Assembly (NCBI RefSeq): GCF_054482595.1
Contig: NZ_CM137008.1
Strand: one strand, 5' to 3'
Length of the DNA stretch: 64,000 bases
Shown: positions 29,499-39,334 of the stretch, piece after piece
Layout: every line of letters starts with the position of its first letter
Position numbering within the stretch: position 1 is the stretch's first letter
The notes under the pieces: model-generated
Database searches by the model: none
The model's input: the letters and a program-made list of their open reading frames with translations, nothing else
What the model was told of the DNA's origin: nothing
Program-made: the position numbers and the translations under genes

Positions 29499-32400
29499 AT
29501 GAGTGTGGCGACATTACGTGAACTGATTATTAAAATCTCGGCAAATTCCCGGTCATTCCAGTCAGAGATCTCCCGGGCTTCGCGTATGGGGCAGGATTAC
29601 TACCGTACCATGCAGAACGGAGGCCGGCAGTCCGCTGCTGCATCCCGTGAAATGCGGCGTGCACTGGCAGAAGTGACGGATCAGATAAATACAGCTAAAT
29701 CTTCGGCACTGAATATGGCGGGGGCATTTGCCGGAGCTTTTGCTACCGGTCATCTTATTTCTCTCGCCGATGAGTGGAATTCAGTAAATGCCCGTCTGAA
29801 GCAGGCTTCACAGTCCAGTGATGATTTTCAGGTATCACAACGTGAATTAATGGCAATCAGCCAGAGAACGGGAACGGCGTTTTCTGATAACGCCAGCCTT
29901 TTTGCCCGCTCTGCAGCTTCCATGCGGGAGTATGGCTACAGTTCTGAGGAGGTACTGAAAGTCACCGAGGCGATCTCCACGGGCCTGAAATTATCCGGTG
30001 CCAGTACAGCAGAAGCCAGTTCGGTGATCACGCAGTTCAGTCAGGCACTGGCGCAGGGAGTGCTGCGCGGTGAAGAATTTAACTCTGTGAATGAGAACGG
30101 CGATCGTGTTATTCGTGCGCTGGCTGCGGGAATGGGTGTTGCCCGTAAGGATCTGAAGGCCATGGCGGATAACGGAAAACTGACCGCCGATAAGGTTGTT
30201 CCTGCACTGATTAGTCAGCTTGGGGCGTTGCGTGATGAATATGCAGCAATGCCTGATACTGTTTCATCCTCTGCAACCAAAGTTGAAAACGCCTTTATGG
30301 CCTGGGTTGGTGGTGCGAACGAGGCAAGCGGAGTGACAAAGACACTCACCGGGGTGTTGAATGGTGTTGCAGACAATATGGATACCGTGGCTGCTGCAGC
30401 TGGCGCACTGGTTGCCGTCGGGGTAGCCCGATATTTTGGCAATATGGCGTCGTCTGCTGGATCTGCAACTGCCGGATTAATTACTGCAGCCAGAAACGAA
30501 GTGGCTCTTGCTGAAGCGCAACTTCGGGGGACACAGATAGCAACCGCCAGGGCGCGTGCGGCGGTTTATCGTGCGCAACAGGCGGTTGTTGCTGCTCGCG
30601 GTACCGAAAGGCAGGCCGCAGCAGAAGCGAAGCTGACAGCTGCCCAGGCGTCACTTACCCGTAATATTGCGGCCAGAACAGCGGCACAGACAACGCTGAA
30701 TACTGTCACGTCAGTGGGGAGTCGTCTGTTAAGTGGTGCGCTGGGGTTGGTTGGTGGTGTGCCGGGACTCGTCATGCTGGGGGCGACGGCCTGGTACACG
30801 ATGTATCAGAATCAGGAGCAGGCCAGAGAATCTGCACGCCAGTATGCCGCAACAATCGACGAAATTCGCCAGAAAACGTCGGCAATGTCGCTTCCTGAAG
30901 CGTCAGATAATGAGGAAAAGACGCGGCAGGCACTTGATGAGCAAAATAGGTTAATTGACGAGCAGAAAAGTAAGATTAAATCCTTACAGGAAAAAATTGC
31001 TGGCTATCAGTATGTGCTGGCAAACCCGGGCTGGACAACCGATAACGGTTTTATGATTAACCACATGATGTCGGTAAAAACTGTCACAGAAGGGCTTGCA
31101 GAAGCAACAAATCAACTGGCAGTTGAACAGTCCCGTCTCACACAAATGCAGGGCAAAGCGCAATCCATTCAGGATGTGCTTGCCGGGCTGGAGGAGCGAC
31201 GGGTGGCGTTGATCCGTCAACAGGCCGCGGAACAAAACAAAGCGTATCAGTCCCTGTTGATCATGAATGGGCAGCATACCGAGTTTAATCGCCTTCTCGG
31301 GCTCGGTAATGAATTACTTCAGCAGCGACAGGGGCTGGTGAATGTACCGTTACGGCTACCACAGGCAACCTTGGATGATAAACAGCAGACCGCACTGAAT
31401 AACAGTGAGCGCGAACTGGCTCTGTCCCGCCTGAAGGGGGAAGCCCGTGAGCGTGCCCGCCTGGGTTATGCTGCGGATGATCTCGGCTTTGTGGGAGAGG
31501 CGTATCAGACAGCCAGACAGAATTATATCAATAACTCACTGGATGCCTGGCGAAATAACCAGGCAAATAAACCCAAAGCGCATAAAAAGACCGAAGCGGA
31601 AAAAACAGAAGATATTTATAAACGGCTGATTAAACAGCAAAAAGAACAAATAGCACTGGCAGGTCAGAATACTGAACTGGCTAAGATGAAATATCAGGTC
31701 AGTCAGGGCGAATTATCAACCCTGTCAGAAGCGCAGAAAAAAACGCTTTTACAGAATGCGGCACTCATCGACCAGAAAAAGATTCGTGAGCAGCTTGCCG
31801 CGTATGAAAGCAGTCTGGCGGACAGTAATGCCAGCGCCCGGGCATCTGACGACGCGCAGTTGCTGGGATATGGTGAAGGCTCACGGATGCGTGAACGACT
31901 CCAGGAAATGTGGAGTATCCGGCAGGCGTTTGAGCAGAAAAATAACGAGCTGCTGAGACAGTATCAGGCCGGAGAAATTGAAGAAGCCCTGTGGAAACAG
32001 GAGAAAGAACTGAATAAAAAATATCTGGAAGAGCGTCTCAGCGATCAGCAGGATTATTATGCAAAGGCTGATGCTTTACGCAGTAACTGGAATGCCGGAC
32101 TCCAGGAGGGGCTGACGAACTGGGCAGACAGTGCCACTGATTATGCTTCGCAGGCGGCAGATGCTGTCGTTTCCACTATGGACGGGCTGGTATCAAATAT
32201 TTCCGATGCACTGGCCGGAAATGTTGTGGACTGGAGAAACTGGGGGAGTTCAATTCTCCAGGAAGTTTCAAAAATTCTGATGAACGCTGCCATCGTTAAC
32301 GGGCTGAAGTCACTTTCCAAAAGCATGTCCGGTGCCGGAGGATGGCTTGGTACAGTCGGCGACTGGCTGTCCGGTGCAGTGGCAAACGCAAAAGGTGGTG

Positions 32401-32744
32401 TTTATACATCGGCAAATCTGAGTGCTTACAGTAACACTATTGTGGATACACCGACGTATTTTGCTTTTGCGAAAGGTGCCGGGTTGATGGGCGAGGCCGG
32501 GCCTGAAGCAATCATGCCACTGACACGGGCAGCGGACGGCTCTCTTGGGGTCAGGGCCATTGGAAATGTGAATGGTGGCGGTGGATTTGTTTATTCTCCC
32601 GTGTATCACATCAGCATTCAGAATCAAGGGAGCAATGGCGAGATAGATGCGCGCTCAGCCAGGGGACTGGTGGATCTGATCGACAGCAGGGTTGTGTCAA
32701 TTATGCAGTCATCACGTCGGGACGGAGGATTATGCAGTGCCTGA
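29499..32744 (+). CDS. Tail tape measure protein
   Basis: 1081 aa, Ala/Gln-rich coiled-coil-like; position after G/GT. Confidence 0.85.
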   Translation: MSVATLRELIIKISANSRSFQSEISRASRMGQDYYRTMQNGGRQSAAASREMRRALAEVTDQINTAKSSALNMAGAFAGAFATGHLISLADEWNSVNARLKQASQSSDDFQVSQRELMAISQRTGTAFSDNASLFARSAASMREYGYSSEEVLKVTEAISTGLKLSGASTAEASSVITQFSQALAQGVLRGEEFNSVNENGDRVIRALAAGMGVARKDLKAMADNGKLTADKVVPALISQLGALRDEYAAMPDTVSSSATKVENAFMAWVGGANEASGVTKTLTGVLNGVADNMDTVAAAAGALVAVGVARYFGNMASSAGSATAGLITAARNEVALAEAQLRGTQIATARARAAVYRAQQAVVAARGTERQAAAEAKLTAAQASLTRNIAARTAAQTTLNTVTSVGSRLLSGALGLVGGVPGLVMLGATAWYTMYQNQEQARESARQYAATIDEIRQKTSAMSLPEASDNEEKTRQALDEQNRLIDEQKSKIKSLQEKIAGYQYVLANPGWTTDNGFMINHMMSVKTVTEGLAEATNQLAVEQSRLTQMQGKAQSIQDVLAGLEERRVALIRQQAAEQNKAYQSLLIMNGQHTEFNRLLGLGNELLQQRQGLVNVPLRLPQATLDDKQQTALNNSERELALSRLKGEARERARLGYAADDLGFVGEAYQTARQNYINNSLDAWRNNQANKPKAHKKTEAEKTEDIYKRLIKQQKEQIALAGQNTELAKMKYQVSQGELSTLSEAQKKTLLQNAALIDQKKIREQLAAYESSLADSNASARASDDAQLLGYGEGSRMRERLQEMWSIRQAFEQKNNELLRQYQAGEIEEALWKQEKELNKKYLEERLSDQQDYYAKADALRSNWNAGLQEGLTNWADSATDYASQAADAVVSTMDGLVSNISDALAGNVVDWRNWGSSILQEVSKILMNAAIVNGLKSLSKSMSGAGGWLGTVGDWLSGAVANAKGGVYTSANLSAYSNTIVDTPTYFAFAKGAGLMGEAGPEAIMPLTRAADGSLGVRAIGNVNGGGGFVYSPVYHISIQNQGSNGEIDARSARGLVDLIDSRVVSIMQSSRRDGGLCSA

Positions 32745-33078
32745 GTCTGAAGTTTTTAACTGGATCCCCCGCGAGGGGATGGAGACGACACGAAAGCCAT
32801 CTGTTATTACGGTAAAGTTCGGTGACGGATATGAACAGCGACGGGCTGGTGGTCTGAATGCAGATCTGAAAACGTTTAAACCGGTATTTCGTGTCACGGA
32901 TGAATATTCCCGTGCCGCGCTGGACAGTTTTTTATCCCGTCATGCCGGGGTTCGTGCTTTTTTGTGGCGTCCGCCAAAACACAACAGGACTGTCCGGGTT
33001 GTCTGCAGGGAGTGGAGCATTTCGGATAATGCCATGTATACCGATTTTAACTGTACCTTTGAAGAGGTCACTCACTGA
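32737..33078 (+). CDS. Minor tail protein M (lambda gpM-like)
   Basis: GTG start overlapping tape measure stop; ...KPSVITVKFGDGYEQRRAGGLNADLKTF... resembles lambda M. Confidence 0.7.
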   Translation: MPESEVFNWIPREGMETTRKPSVITVKFGDGYEQRRAGGLNADLKTFKPVFRVTDEYSRAALDSFLSRHAGVRAFLWRPPKHNRTVRVVCREWSISDNAMYTDFNCTFEEVTH

Positions 33079-33776
33079 TGCAGGATATACAGCAGGAAAC
33101 ACTCAATGAGTGCACTAAAACGGAGCAATCCGCGCTGGTCGTGCTCTGGGAAATTGATCTGACAGAGGTCGGCGGAGATCGTTATTTCTTCTGTAATGAG
33201 CAGAACGAAAAAGGTGAACCAGTCACCTGGCAGGGGCGGCAGTATCAGGCCTATCCCATTCAGGGAAGTGGATTTGAGATGAACGGCAAAGGAGCCAGTG
33301 CAAGGCCAACGCTGAAAGTCTCTAATCTGCACGGCATGGTCACCGGGATGGCGGAAGACCTGCAGAGTCTGGTCGGCGGAACGGTGGTCAGGCGTAAGGT
33401 TTACGCCCGTTTTCTGGATGTGGTGAACTTCGTCAACGGAAACAGCGAAGCCGATCCGGAGCAGGAGGTGATCAGCCGCTGGCGCATCGAGCAGTGCAGC
33501 GAACTGAGCGCGGTGAGTGCCTCTTTTGTACTGTCCACGCCGACGGAAACGGATGGTGCTGTTTTTCCGGGACGTACCATGCTGGCCAACACCTGCACCT
33601 GGACCTATCGCGGTGATGAGTGCGGTTATCACGGTCCGGCGGTTGCGGATGAATATGACCAGCCGACGTCCGATATCACGAAGGATAAATGCAGCAAATG
33701 CCTGAGTGGTTGTAAGTTCCGCAATAACGTCGGCAACTTTGGCGGCTTCCTTTCCATTAACAAACTTTCGCAGTAA
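33078..33776 (+). CDS. Minor tail protein L (lambda gpL-like)
   Basis: 232 aa with C-terminal Cys cluster CTWTYRGDECGY...CSKCLSGC. Confidence 0.8.
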   Translation: MQDIQQETLNECTKTEQSALVVLWEIDLTEVGGDRYFFCNEQNEKGEPVTWQGRQYQAYPIQGSGFEMNGKGASARPTLKVSNLHGMVTGMAEDLQSLVGGTVVRRKVYARFLDVVNFVNGNSEADPEQEVISRWRIEQCSELSAVSASFVLSTPTETDGAVFPGRTMLANTCTWTYRGDECGYHGPAVADEYDQPTSDITKDKCSKCLSGCKFRNNVGNFGGFLSINKLSQ

Positions 33777-33781
33777 ATCCC

Positions 33782-34525
33782 ATGACAGAGACAGAATCAG
33801 CGATTCTGGCGCACGCCCGGCGATGTGCGCCAGCGGAGTCGTGCGGCTTCGTGGTGAGAACGCCGGAGGGGGAAAGATATTTTCCCTGCGTGAATATCTC
33901 CGGTGAGCCGGAGGATTATTTCCGGATGTCGCCTGAGGACTGGCTGCAGGCAGAGATGCAGGGTGAGATTGTGGCGCTGGTCCACAGCCACCCCGGTGGT
34001 CTGCCCTGGCTGAGTGAGGCTGACCGGCGGCTGCAGGTGCAGAGTGATTTGCCGTGGTGGCTGGTCTGCCGGGGTGAGATTCATAAATTCCGCTGTGTGC
34101 CGCATCTCACCGGGCGGCGCTTTGAGCACGGGGTGACGGACTGTTACACGCTGTTCCGGGATGCTTACCATCTGGCGGGGATTGAGATGCCGGATTTTCA
34201 TCGTGAGGATGACTGGTGGCGTAACGGCCAGAATCTCTATCTTGACAATATGGAGGCGACTGGTTTTTACCGTGTCGCACTGACAGAGGCGCAGCCGGGC
34301 GATGTGCTGCTGTGCTGTTTTGGTTCATCGGTGCCGAATCATGCCGCCATTTACTGCGGCGACGGCGAGCTGCTGCACCATATTCCTGAACAACTGAGCA
34401 AACGAGAGAGGTATACCGACAAATGGCAGCGACGCACACACTCCCTCTGGCGTCACCGGGCATGGCACGCATCTGCCTTTACGGGAATTTACAACGATTT
34501 GGCCGCCGCATCGACCTTCGTGTGA
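33782..34525 (+). CDS. Tail tip assembly protein K (lambda gpK-like)
   Basis: 247 aa; MTETESAILAHARRCAPAESCGFVV...HSHPGG; close to remembered lambda K. Confidence 0.8.
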   Translation: MTETESAILAHARRCAPAESCGFVVRTPEGERYFPCVNISGEPEDYFRMSPEDWLQAEMQGEIVALVHSHPGGLPWLSEADRRLQVQSDLPWWLVCRGEIHKFRCVPHLTGRRFEHGVTDCYTLFRDAYHLAGIEMPDFHREDDWWRNGQNLYLDNMEATGFYRVALTEAQPGDVLLCCFGSSVPNHAAIYCGDGELLHHIPEQLSKRERYTDKWQRRTHSLWRHRAWHASAFTGIYNDLAAASTFV

Positions 34526-35070
34526 AAACGGGGGCCGAAGCCATCCGGGCGCTGGCCATGCAGATCCCGGCGTTTCGTCAGAAACTGAGTGACGGCTGGT
34601 ATCAGGTACGGATTGCCGGGCGTGATGCAGGTGAAACCGAATTGTCTGCCCGTCTTAATGAGCCGCTGGCAAATGGTGCCGTGATCCACATCGTTCCGCG
34701 TCTGGAGGGGGCCAAAAGTGGCGGTGTGTTTCAGGCGGTGCTGGGTGCGGCGCTGATTGCGGTGGCATGGTGGAACCCTGTGGGCTGGCTGGGGGCCGCG
34801 GCTGTATCGGGTATGTATGCAGCAGGGGCCAGTATGATCCTGGGTGGTGTGGCGCAGATGCTGGCACCGAAAGCCAGGACGCCCACGGCAGCCAGTACAG
34901 ATAACGGCAAACAGAACACGTATTTCTCGTCACTGGATAACATGGTTGCCCAGGGCAATGTTCTGCCCGTTCTGTACGGTGAAATGCGTGTGGGGTCGCG
35001 GGTGGTATCTCAGGAGATCAGCACGGCAGATGAAGGTGATGGTGGTCAGGTTGTGGTGATTGGTCGCTGA
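34423..35070 (+). CDS. Tail assembly protein I (lambda gpI-like)
   Basis: 215 aa MAATHTLPLASPGMARICLYG...; overlaps 3' end of K. Confidence 0.7.
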   Translation: MAATHTLPLASPGMARICLYGNLQRFGRRIDLRVKTGAEAIRALAMQIPAFRQKLSDGWYQVRIAGRDAGETELSARLNEPLANGAVIHIVPRLEGAKSGGVFQAVLGAALIAVAWWNPVGWLGAAAVSGMYAAGASMILGGVAQMLAPKARTPTAASTDNGKQNTYFSSLDNMVAQGNVLPVLYGEMRVGSRVVSQEISTADEGDGGQVVVIGR

Positions 35071-35130
35071 TGAAAAATGTTTTATGTGAAACCGCCTCCG
35101 GGCGGTTTTGTCGTTTATGGAGCGTGAGGA

Positions 35131-38100
35131 ATGGGTAAAGGCAGCAGTAAGGGGCATACCCCGCGCGAAGCGAAGGACAACCTGAAGTCCACGCAGTTGC
35201 TGAGTGTGATTGATGCCATCAGCGAAGGTCCGGTTGAAGGTCCGGTGGATGGATTAAAAAGCGTGCTGCTGAACAGTACGCCGGTGCTGGACAGCGAGGG
35301 GAATACCAATATCTCCGGCGTCACGGTGGTGTTCCGGGCAGGCGAGCAGGAGCAGACACCGCCGGAGGGATTTGAATCCTCCGGCTCCGAGACGGTGCTG
35401 GGTACGGAAGTGAAATATGACACGCCGATCACCCGGACCATCACGTCTGCAAACATCGACCGTCTGCGTTTTACCTTCGGCGTGCAGGCACTGGTGGAAA
35501 CCACCTCAAAGGGGGACAGGAATCCGTCGGAAGTCCGCCTGCTGGTTCAGATCCAGCGTAATGGTGGCTGGGTGACGGAAAAAGACATCACCATTAAGGG
35601 CAAAACCACCTCGCAGTATCTGGCCTCGGTGGTGGTGGGTAACCTGCCGCCGCGCCCGTTTAATATCCGGATGCGCAGGATGACGCCGGACAGCACCACA
35701 GACCAGCTGCAGAACAAAACGCTCTGGTCGTCATACACCGAAATCATCGATGTGAAACAGTGCTACCCGAACACGGCACTGGTCGGCGTGCAGGTGGATT
35801 CGGAGCAGTTCGGCAGCCAGCAGGTGAGCCGTAATTATCATCTTCGCGGGCGCATTCTGCAGGTGCCGTCGAACTATAACCCGCAGACGCGGCAATACAG
35901 CGGTATCTGGGACGGAACGTTAAAACCGGCATACAGCAACAACATGGCCTGGTGTCTGTGGGATATGCTGACCCACCCGCGCTACGGCATGGGGAAACGT
36001 CTTGGTGCGGCGGATGTGGATAAATGGGCGCTGTATGTCATCGGCCAGTACTGCGACCAGTCAGTGCCGGACGGCTTTGGCGGCACGGAGCCGCGCATCA
36101 CCTGTAATGCGTACCTGACCACACAGCGCAAGGCGTGGGATGTGCTCAGTGATTTCTGCTCGGCGATGCGCTGTATGCCGGTATGGAACGGGCAGACGCT
36201 GACGTTCGTGCAGGACCGACCGTCGGATAAGGTGTGGACCTATAACCGCAGTAATGTGGTGATGCCGGATGATGGCGCGCCGTTCCGCTACAGCTTCAGC
36301 GCCCTGAAGGACCGCCATAATGCCGTTGAGGTGAACTGGATTGACCCGGACAACGGTTGGGAGACAGCGACAGAGCTTGTGGAGGACACACAGGCCATTG
36401 CCCGTTACGGTCGTAACGTCACGAAGATGGATGCCTTTGGCTGTACCAGCCGTGGGCAGGCGCACCGCGCCGGGCTGTGGCTGATTAAAACGGAACTGCT
36501 GGAGACGCAGACCGTGGATTTCAGCGTGGGTGCTGAAGGGCTTCGCCATGTACCGGGCGATGTCATTGAAATCTGCGATGATGACTATGCCGGTATCAGC
36601 ACCGGTGGTCGCGTGCTGGCGGTGAACAGCCAGACCCGGACGCTGACGCTCGACCGTGAAATCACGCTGCCATCCTCCGGTACCACGCTGATAAGCCTGG
36701 TTGACGGAAGTGGTAATCCGGTCAGCGTGGAGGTCCAGTCCGTCACCGACGGCGTGAAGGTGAAAGTGAGCCGGGTTCCTGACGGCGTTGCCGAATACAG
36801 CGTGTGGGGACTGAAGCTGCCGACGCTGCGCCAGCGCCTGTTCCGCTGTGTGAGTATCCGTGAGAATGACGACGGTACGTATGCCATCACCGCCGTGCAG
36901 CATGTACCGGCAAAAGAGGCCATCGTGGATAACGGGGCGCACTTTGACGGCGACCAGAGCGGAACGGTAAACGGTGTCACGCCGCCAGCAGTACAGCACC
37001 TGACCGCAGAAGTCACCACAGACAGCGGGGAATATCAGGTGCTGGCGCGCTGGGACACGCCGAAGGTGGTGAAGGGCGTGAGCTTCCTGCTTCGCCTGAC
37101 CGTGGCAGCGGATGACGGCAGTGAGCGGCTGGTCAGCACGGCCCGGACGACGGAAACCACATACCGCTTCACGCAGCTGGCGCTGGGGAATTACAGGCTG
37201 ACAGTCCGGGCGGTAAATGCGTGGGGACAGCAGGGCGATCCGGCATCGGTATCGTTCCGGATTGCCGCACCGGCAGCACCGTCGCGGATTGAGCTGACGC
37301 CGGGCTATTTTCAGATAACCGCCACGCCGCATCTTGCGGTTTATGATCCGACGGTACAGTTTGAGTTCTGGTTCTCGGAAAAACGGATTGCTGATATCAG
37401 GCAGGTTGAAACCAGCGCGCGTTATCTTGGTACGGCGCTGTACTGGATAGCCGCCAGTATCAATATCAAACCGGGCCATGATTATTATTTTTACGTTCGC
37501 AGTGTGAACACCGTTGGCAAATCGCCATTCGTGGAGGCTGTTGGTCAGCCGAGTGATGATGCGTCCGGCTATCTGGATTTTTTCAAAGGAGAGATAGGGA
37601 AAACCCATCTGGCTCAGGAGCTGTGGACGCAGATTGATAACGGTCAGCTTGCGCCTGACCTGACTGAAATCAGGACGTCCATAACGGATGTCAGCAATGA
37701 AATCACCCAGACCGTTAACAAGAAACTGGAAGACCAGAGTGCAGCGATCCAGCAGATACAGAAGGTTCAGGTTGATACAAATAATAACCTGAACAGCATG
37801 TGGGCAGTGAAGCTGCAGCAGATGCAGGACGGACGCCTTTATATTGCGGGTATCGGTGCCGGTATTGAGAACACCCCCGACGGCATGCAGAGTCAGGTGC
37901 TGCTGGCTGCAGACCGGGTGGCATTTATTAACCCGGCGAATGGTAACACCACTCCTGCACTGGTCACACAGGGCGGACAGACGTTTATTAATGAGGCGCT
38001 GATCAAGTTCCTTATTGCTCCCACGATTACCAGTGGTGGCAATCCTCCGGCATTCTCCCTGACACCTGACGGAAAGCTGACTGCTAAAAATGCGGATATC

Positions 38101-38607
38101 AGTGGCAGTGTGAATGCGAACGCCGGGGCGCTCAACAACGTCACGATTAATGAGAGCTGTACTATTAAGGGGATGCTTGATGCTAACCAGGTGCGTGGTG
38201 ATTTTGTAAAAACGACAGGGCATCGATTTCCGCACCCCGGAGAATACCCACAGGGTTCACTTACCGTTCATATTAAGGACGATCATGCCTTTGACAGGCA
38301 GATTATAATTCAACCAATCATGTACGGTGCACCACCATATTTTAGTAAAAATGATGGCGCTAATATCTACGATACCTGCAGATTAATTGTGCGCAAAAAT
38401 GGCAATGTAATCTATGACAAATCCACTAGTGGTTCGAAAAGGACAACAGTCGTGTACAGCAATATCATTGATATGCCAGTGGGGGACGGAGATGTAATAT
38501 TAACATTTGAAGTTCAGTCGAGCGGCAGTGGAGATCCCAGAACATGGATCAGTGATTTAATGGTCTCGGTAACGAAAAAAGCCGCATCCGGTATCAGTAT
38601 CAGTTGA
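35131..38607 (+). CDS. Host specificity / central tail fibre protein J
   Basis: 1158 aa; position after I; lambda J-like N-terminal and central regions. Confidence 0.85.
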   Translation: MGKGSSKGHTPREAKDNLKSTQLLSVIDAISEGPVEGPVDGLKSVLLNSTPVLDSEGNTNISGVTVVFRAGEQEQTPPEGFESSGSETVLGTEVKYDTPITRTITSANIDRLRFTFGVQALVETTSKGDRNPSEVRLLVQIQRNGGWVTEKDITIKGKTTSQYLASVVVGNLPPRPFNIRMRRMTPDSTTDQLQNKTLWSSYTEIIDVKQCYPNTALVGVQVDSEQFGSQQVSRNYHLRGRILQVPSNYNPQTRQYSGIWDGTLKPAYSNNMAWCLWDMLTHPRYGMGKRLGAADVDKWALYVIGQYCDQSVPDGFGGTEPRITCNAYLTTQRKAWDVLSDFCSAMRCMPVWNGQTLTFVQDRPSDKVWTYNRSNVVMPDDGAPFRYSFSALKDRHNAVEVNWIDPDNGWETATELVEDTQAIARYGRNVTKMDAFGCTSRGQAHRAGLWLIKTELLETQTVDFSVGAEGLRHVPGDVIEICDDDYAGISTGGRVLAVNSQTRTLTLDREITLPSSGTTLISLVDGSGNPVSVEVQSVTDGVKVKVSRVPDGVAEYSVWGLKLPTLRQRLFRCVSIRENDDGTYAITAVQHVPAKEAIVDNGAHFDGDQSGTVNGVTPPAVQHLTAEVTTDSGEYQVLARWDTPKVVKGVSFLLRLTVAADDGSERLVSTARTTETTYRFTQLALGNYRLTVRAVNAWGQQGDPASVSFRIAAPAAPSRIELTPGYFQITATPHLAVYDPTVQFEFWFSEKRIADIRQVETSARYLGTALYWIAASINIKPGHDYYFYVRSVNTVGKSPFVEAVGQPSDDASGYLDFFKGEIGKTHLAQELWTQIDNGQLAPDLTEIRTSITDVSNEITQTVNKKLEDQSAAIQQIQKVQVDTNNNLNSMWAVKLQQMQDGRLYIAGIGAGIENTPDGMQSQVLLAADRVAFINPANGNTTPALVTQGGQTFINEALIKFLIAPTITSGGNPPAFSLTPDGKLTAKNADISGSVNANAGALNNVTINESCTIKGMLDANQVRGDFVKTTGHRFPHPGEYPQGSLTVHIKDDHAFDRQIIIQPIMYGAPPYFSKNDGANIYDTCRLIVRKNGNVIYDKSTSGSKRTTVVYSNIIDMPVGDGDVILTFEVQSSGSGDPRTWISDLMVSVTKKAASGISIS

Positions 38608-38627
38608 AATTTTTATAACCCCAATAC

Positions 38628-38653
38628 GGGCGCCAGAAATGGCGCCTTTTTTA
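38628..38653 (+). terminator. Rho-independent terminator after J
   Basis: gggcgccagaaatggcgcc followed by ttttttatt. Confidence 0.7.
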
Positions 38654-38676
38654 TTGCAGAAAAGCGAGAGGTAATT

Positions 38677-39276
38677 ATGCGTAAAGTTTGTGCAGCCATT
38701 TTTTCCGCAGCCATCTGTCTGGCCGTATCCGGTGCGCCTGCATGGGCGTCTGAACATCAGTCCACACTGAGCGCAGGGTATCTTCATGCCCGTACGAACG
38801 CACCCGGCAGCGATAATCTGAACGGGATTAACGTGAAATACCGTTATGAGTTTACGGACACACTGGGGCTGGTGACGTCATTCAGCTATGCAGGAGACAA
38901 GAATCGCCAGCTTACCCGTTACAGCGATACCCGCTGGCATGAAGATTCAGTGCGTAACCGCTGGTTCAGCGTGATGGCGGGGCCCTCTGTGCGCGTGAAT
39001 GAATGGTTCAGTGCGTATGCGATGGCGGGCGTGGCTTACAGCCGTGTGTCGACTTTTTCCGGGGATTATCTGCAGGTGACCGACAGCAAGGGGAAAACGC
39101 ACGATGTGCTGACCGGCAGTGATGACGGTCGCCACAGCAACACGTCTCTGGCGTGGGGGGCTGGCGTGCAGTTTAACCCGACCGAATCCGTGGCCATTGA
39201 TATTGCTTATGAAGGCTCCGGCAGTGGCGACTGGCGCACTGACGGTTTCATCGTGGGCGTCGGTTATAAGTTCTGA
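38677..39276 (+). CDS. lom: Lom-like outer membrane beta-barrel protein (Ail/Lom family)
   Basis: 199 aa with signal peptide and C-terminal ...GVGYKF. Confidence 0.8.
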   Translation: MRKVCAAIFSAAICLAVSGAPAWASEHQSTLSAGYLHARTNAPGSDNLNGINVKYRYEFTDTLGLVTSFSYAGDKNRQLTRYSDTRWHEDSVRNRWFSVMAGPSVRVNEWFSAYAMAGVAYSRVSTFSGDYLQVTDSKGKTHDVLTGSDDGRHSNTSLAWGAGVQFNPTESVAIDIAYEGSGSGDWRTDGFIVGVGYKF

Positions 39277-39334
39277 TTAGCCAGGTAACACAGTGTTATG
39301 ACAGCCCGCCGGTTCAGGCGGGCTTTTTTGTGGG

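Noticed and set aside
33072-33632. 186-aa minus-strand ORF
   Set aside because: Antisense within the L minor tail gene.
36061-38235. 724-aa ORF on the minus strand
   Set aside because: Lies entirely antisense within the J tail-fibre gene; Arg/Cys/His-rich composition typical of a spurious antisense frame in GC-rich coding DNA.
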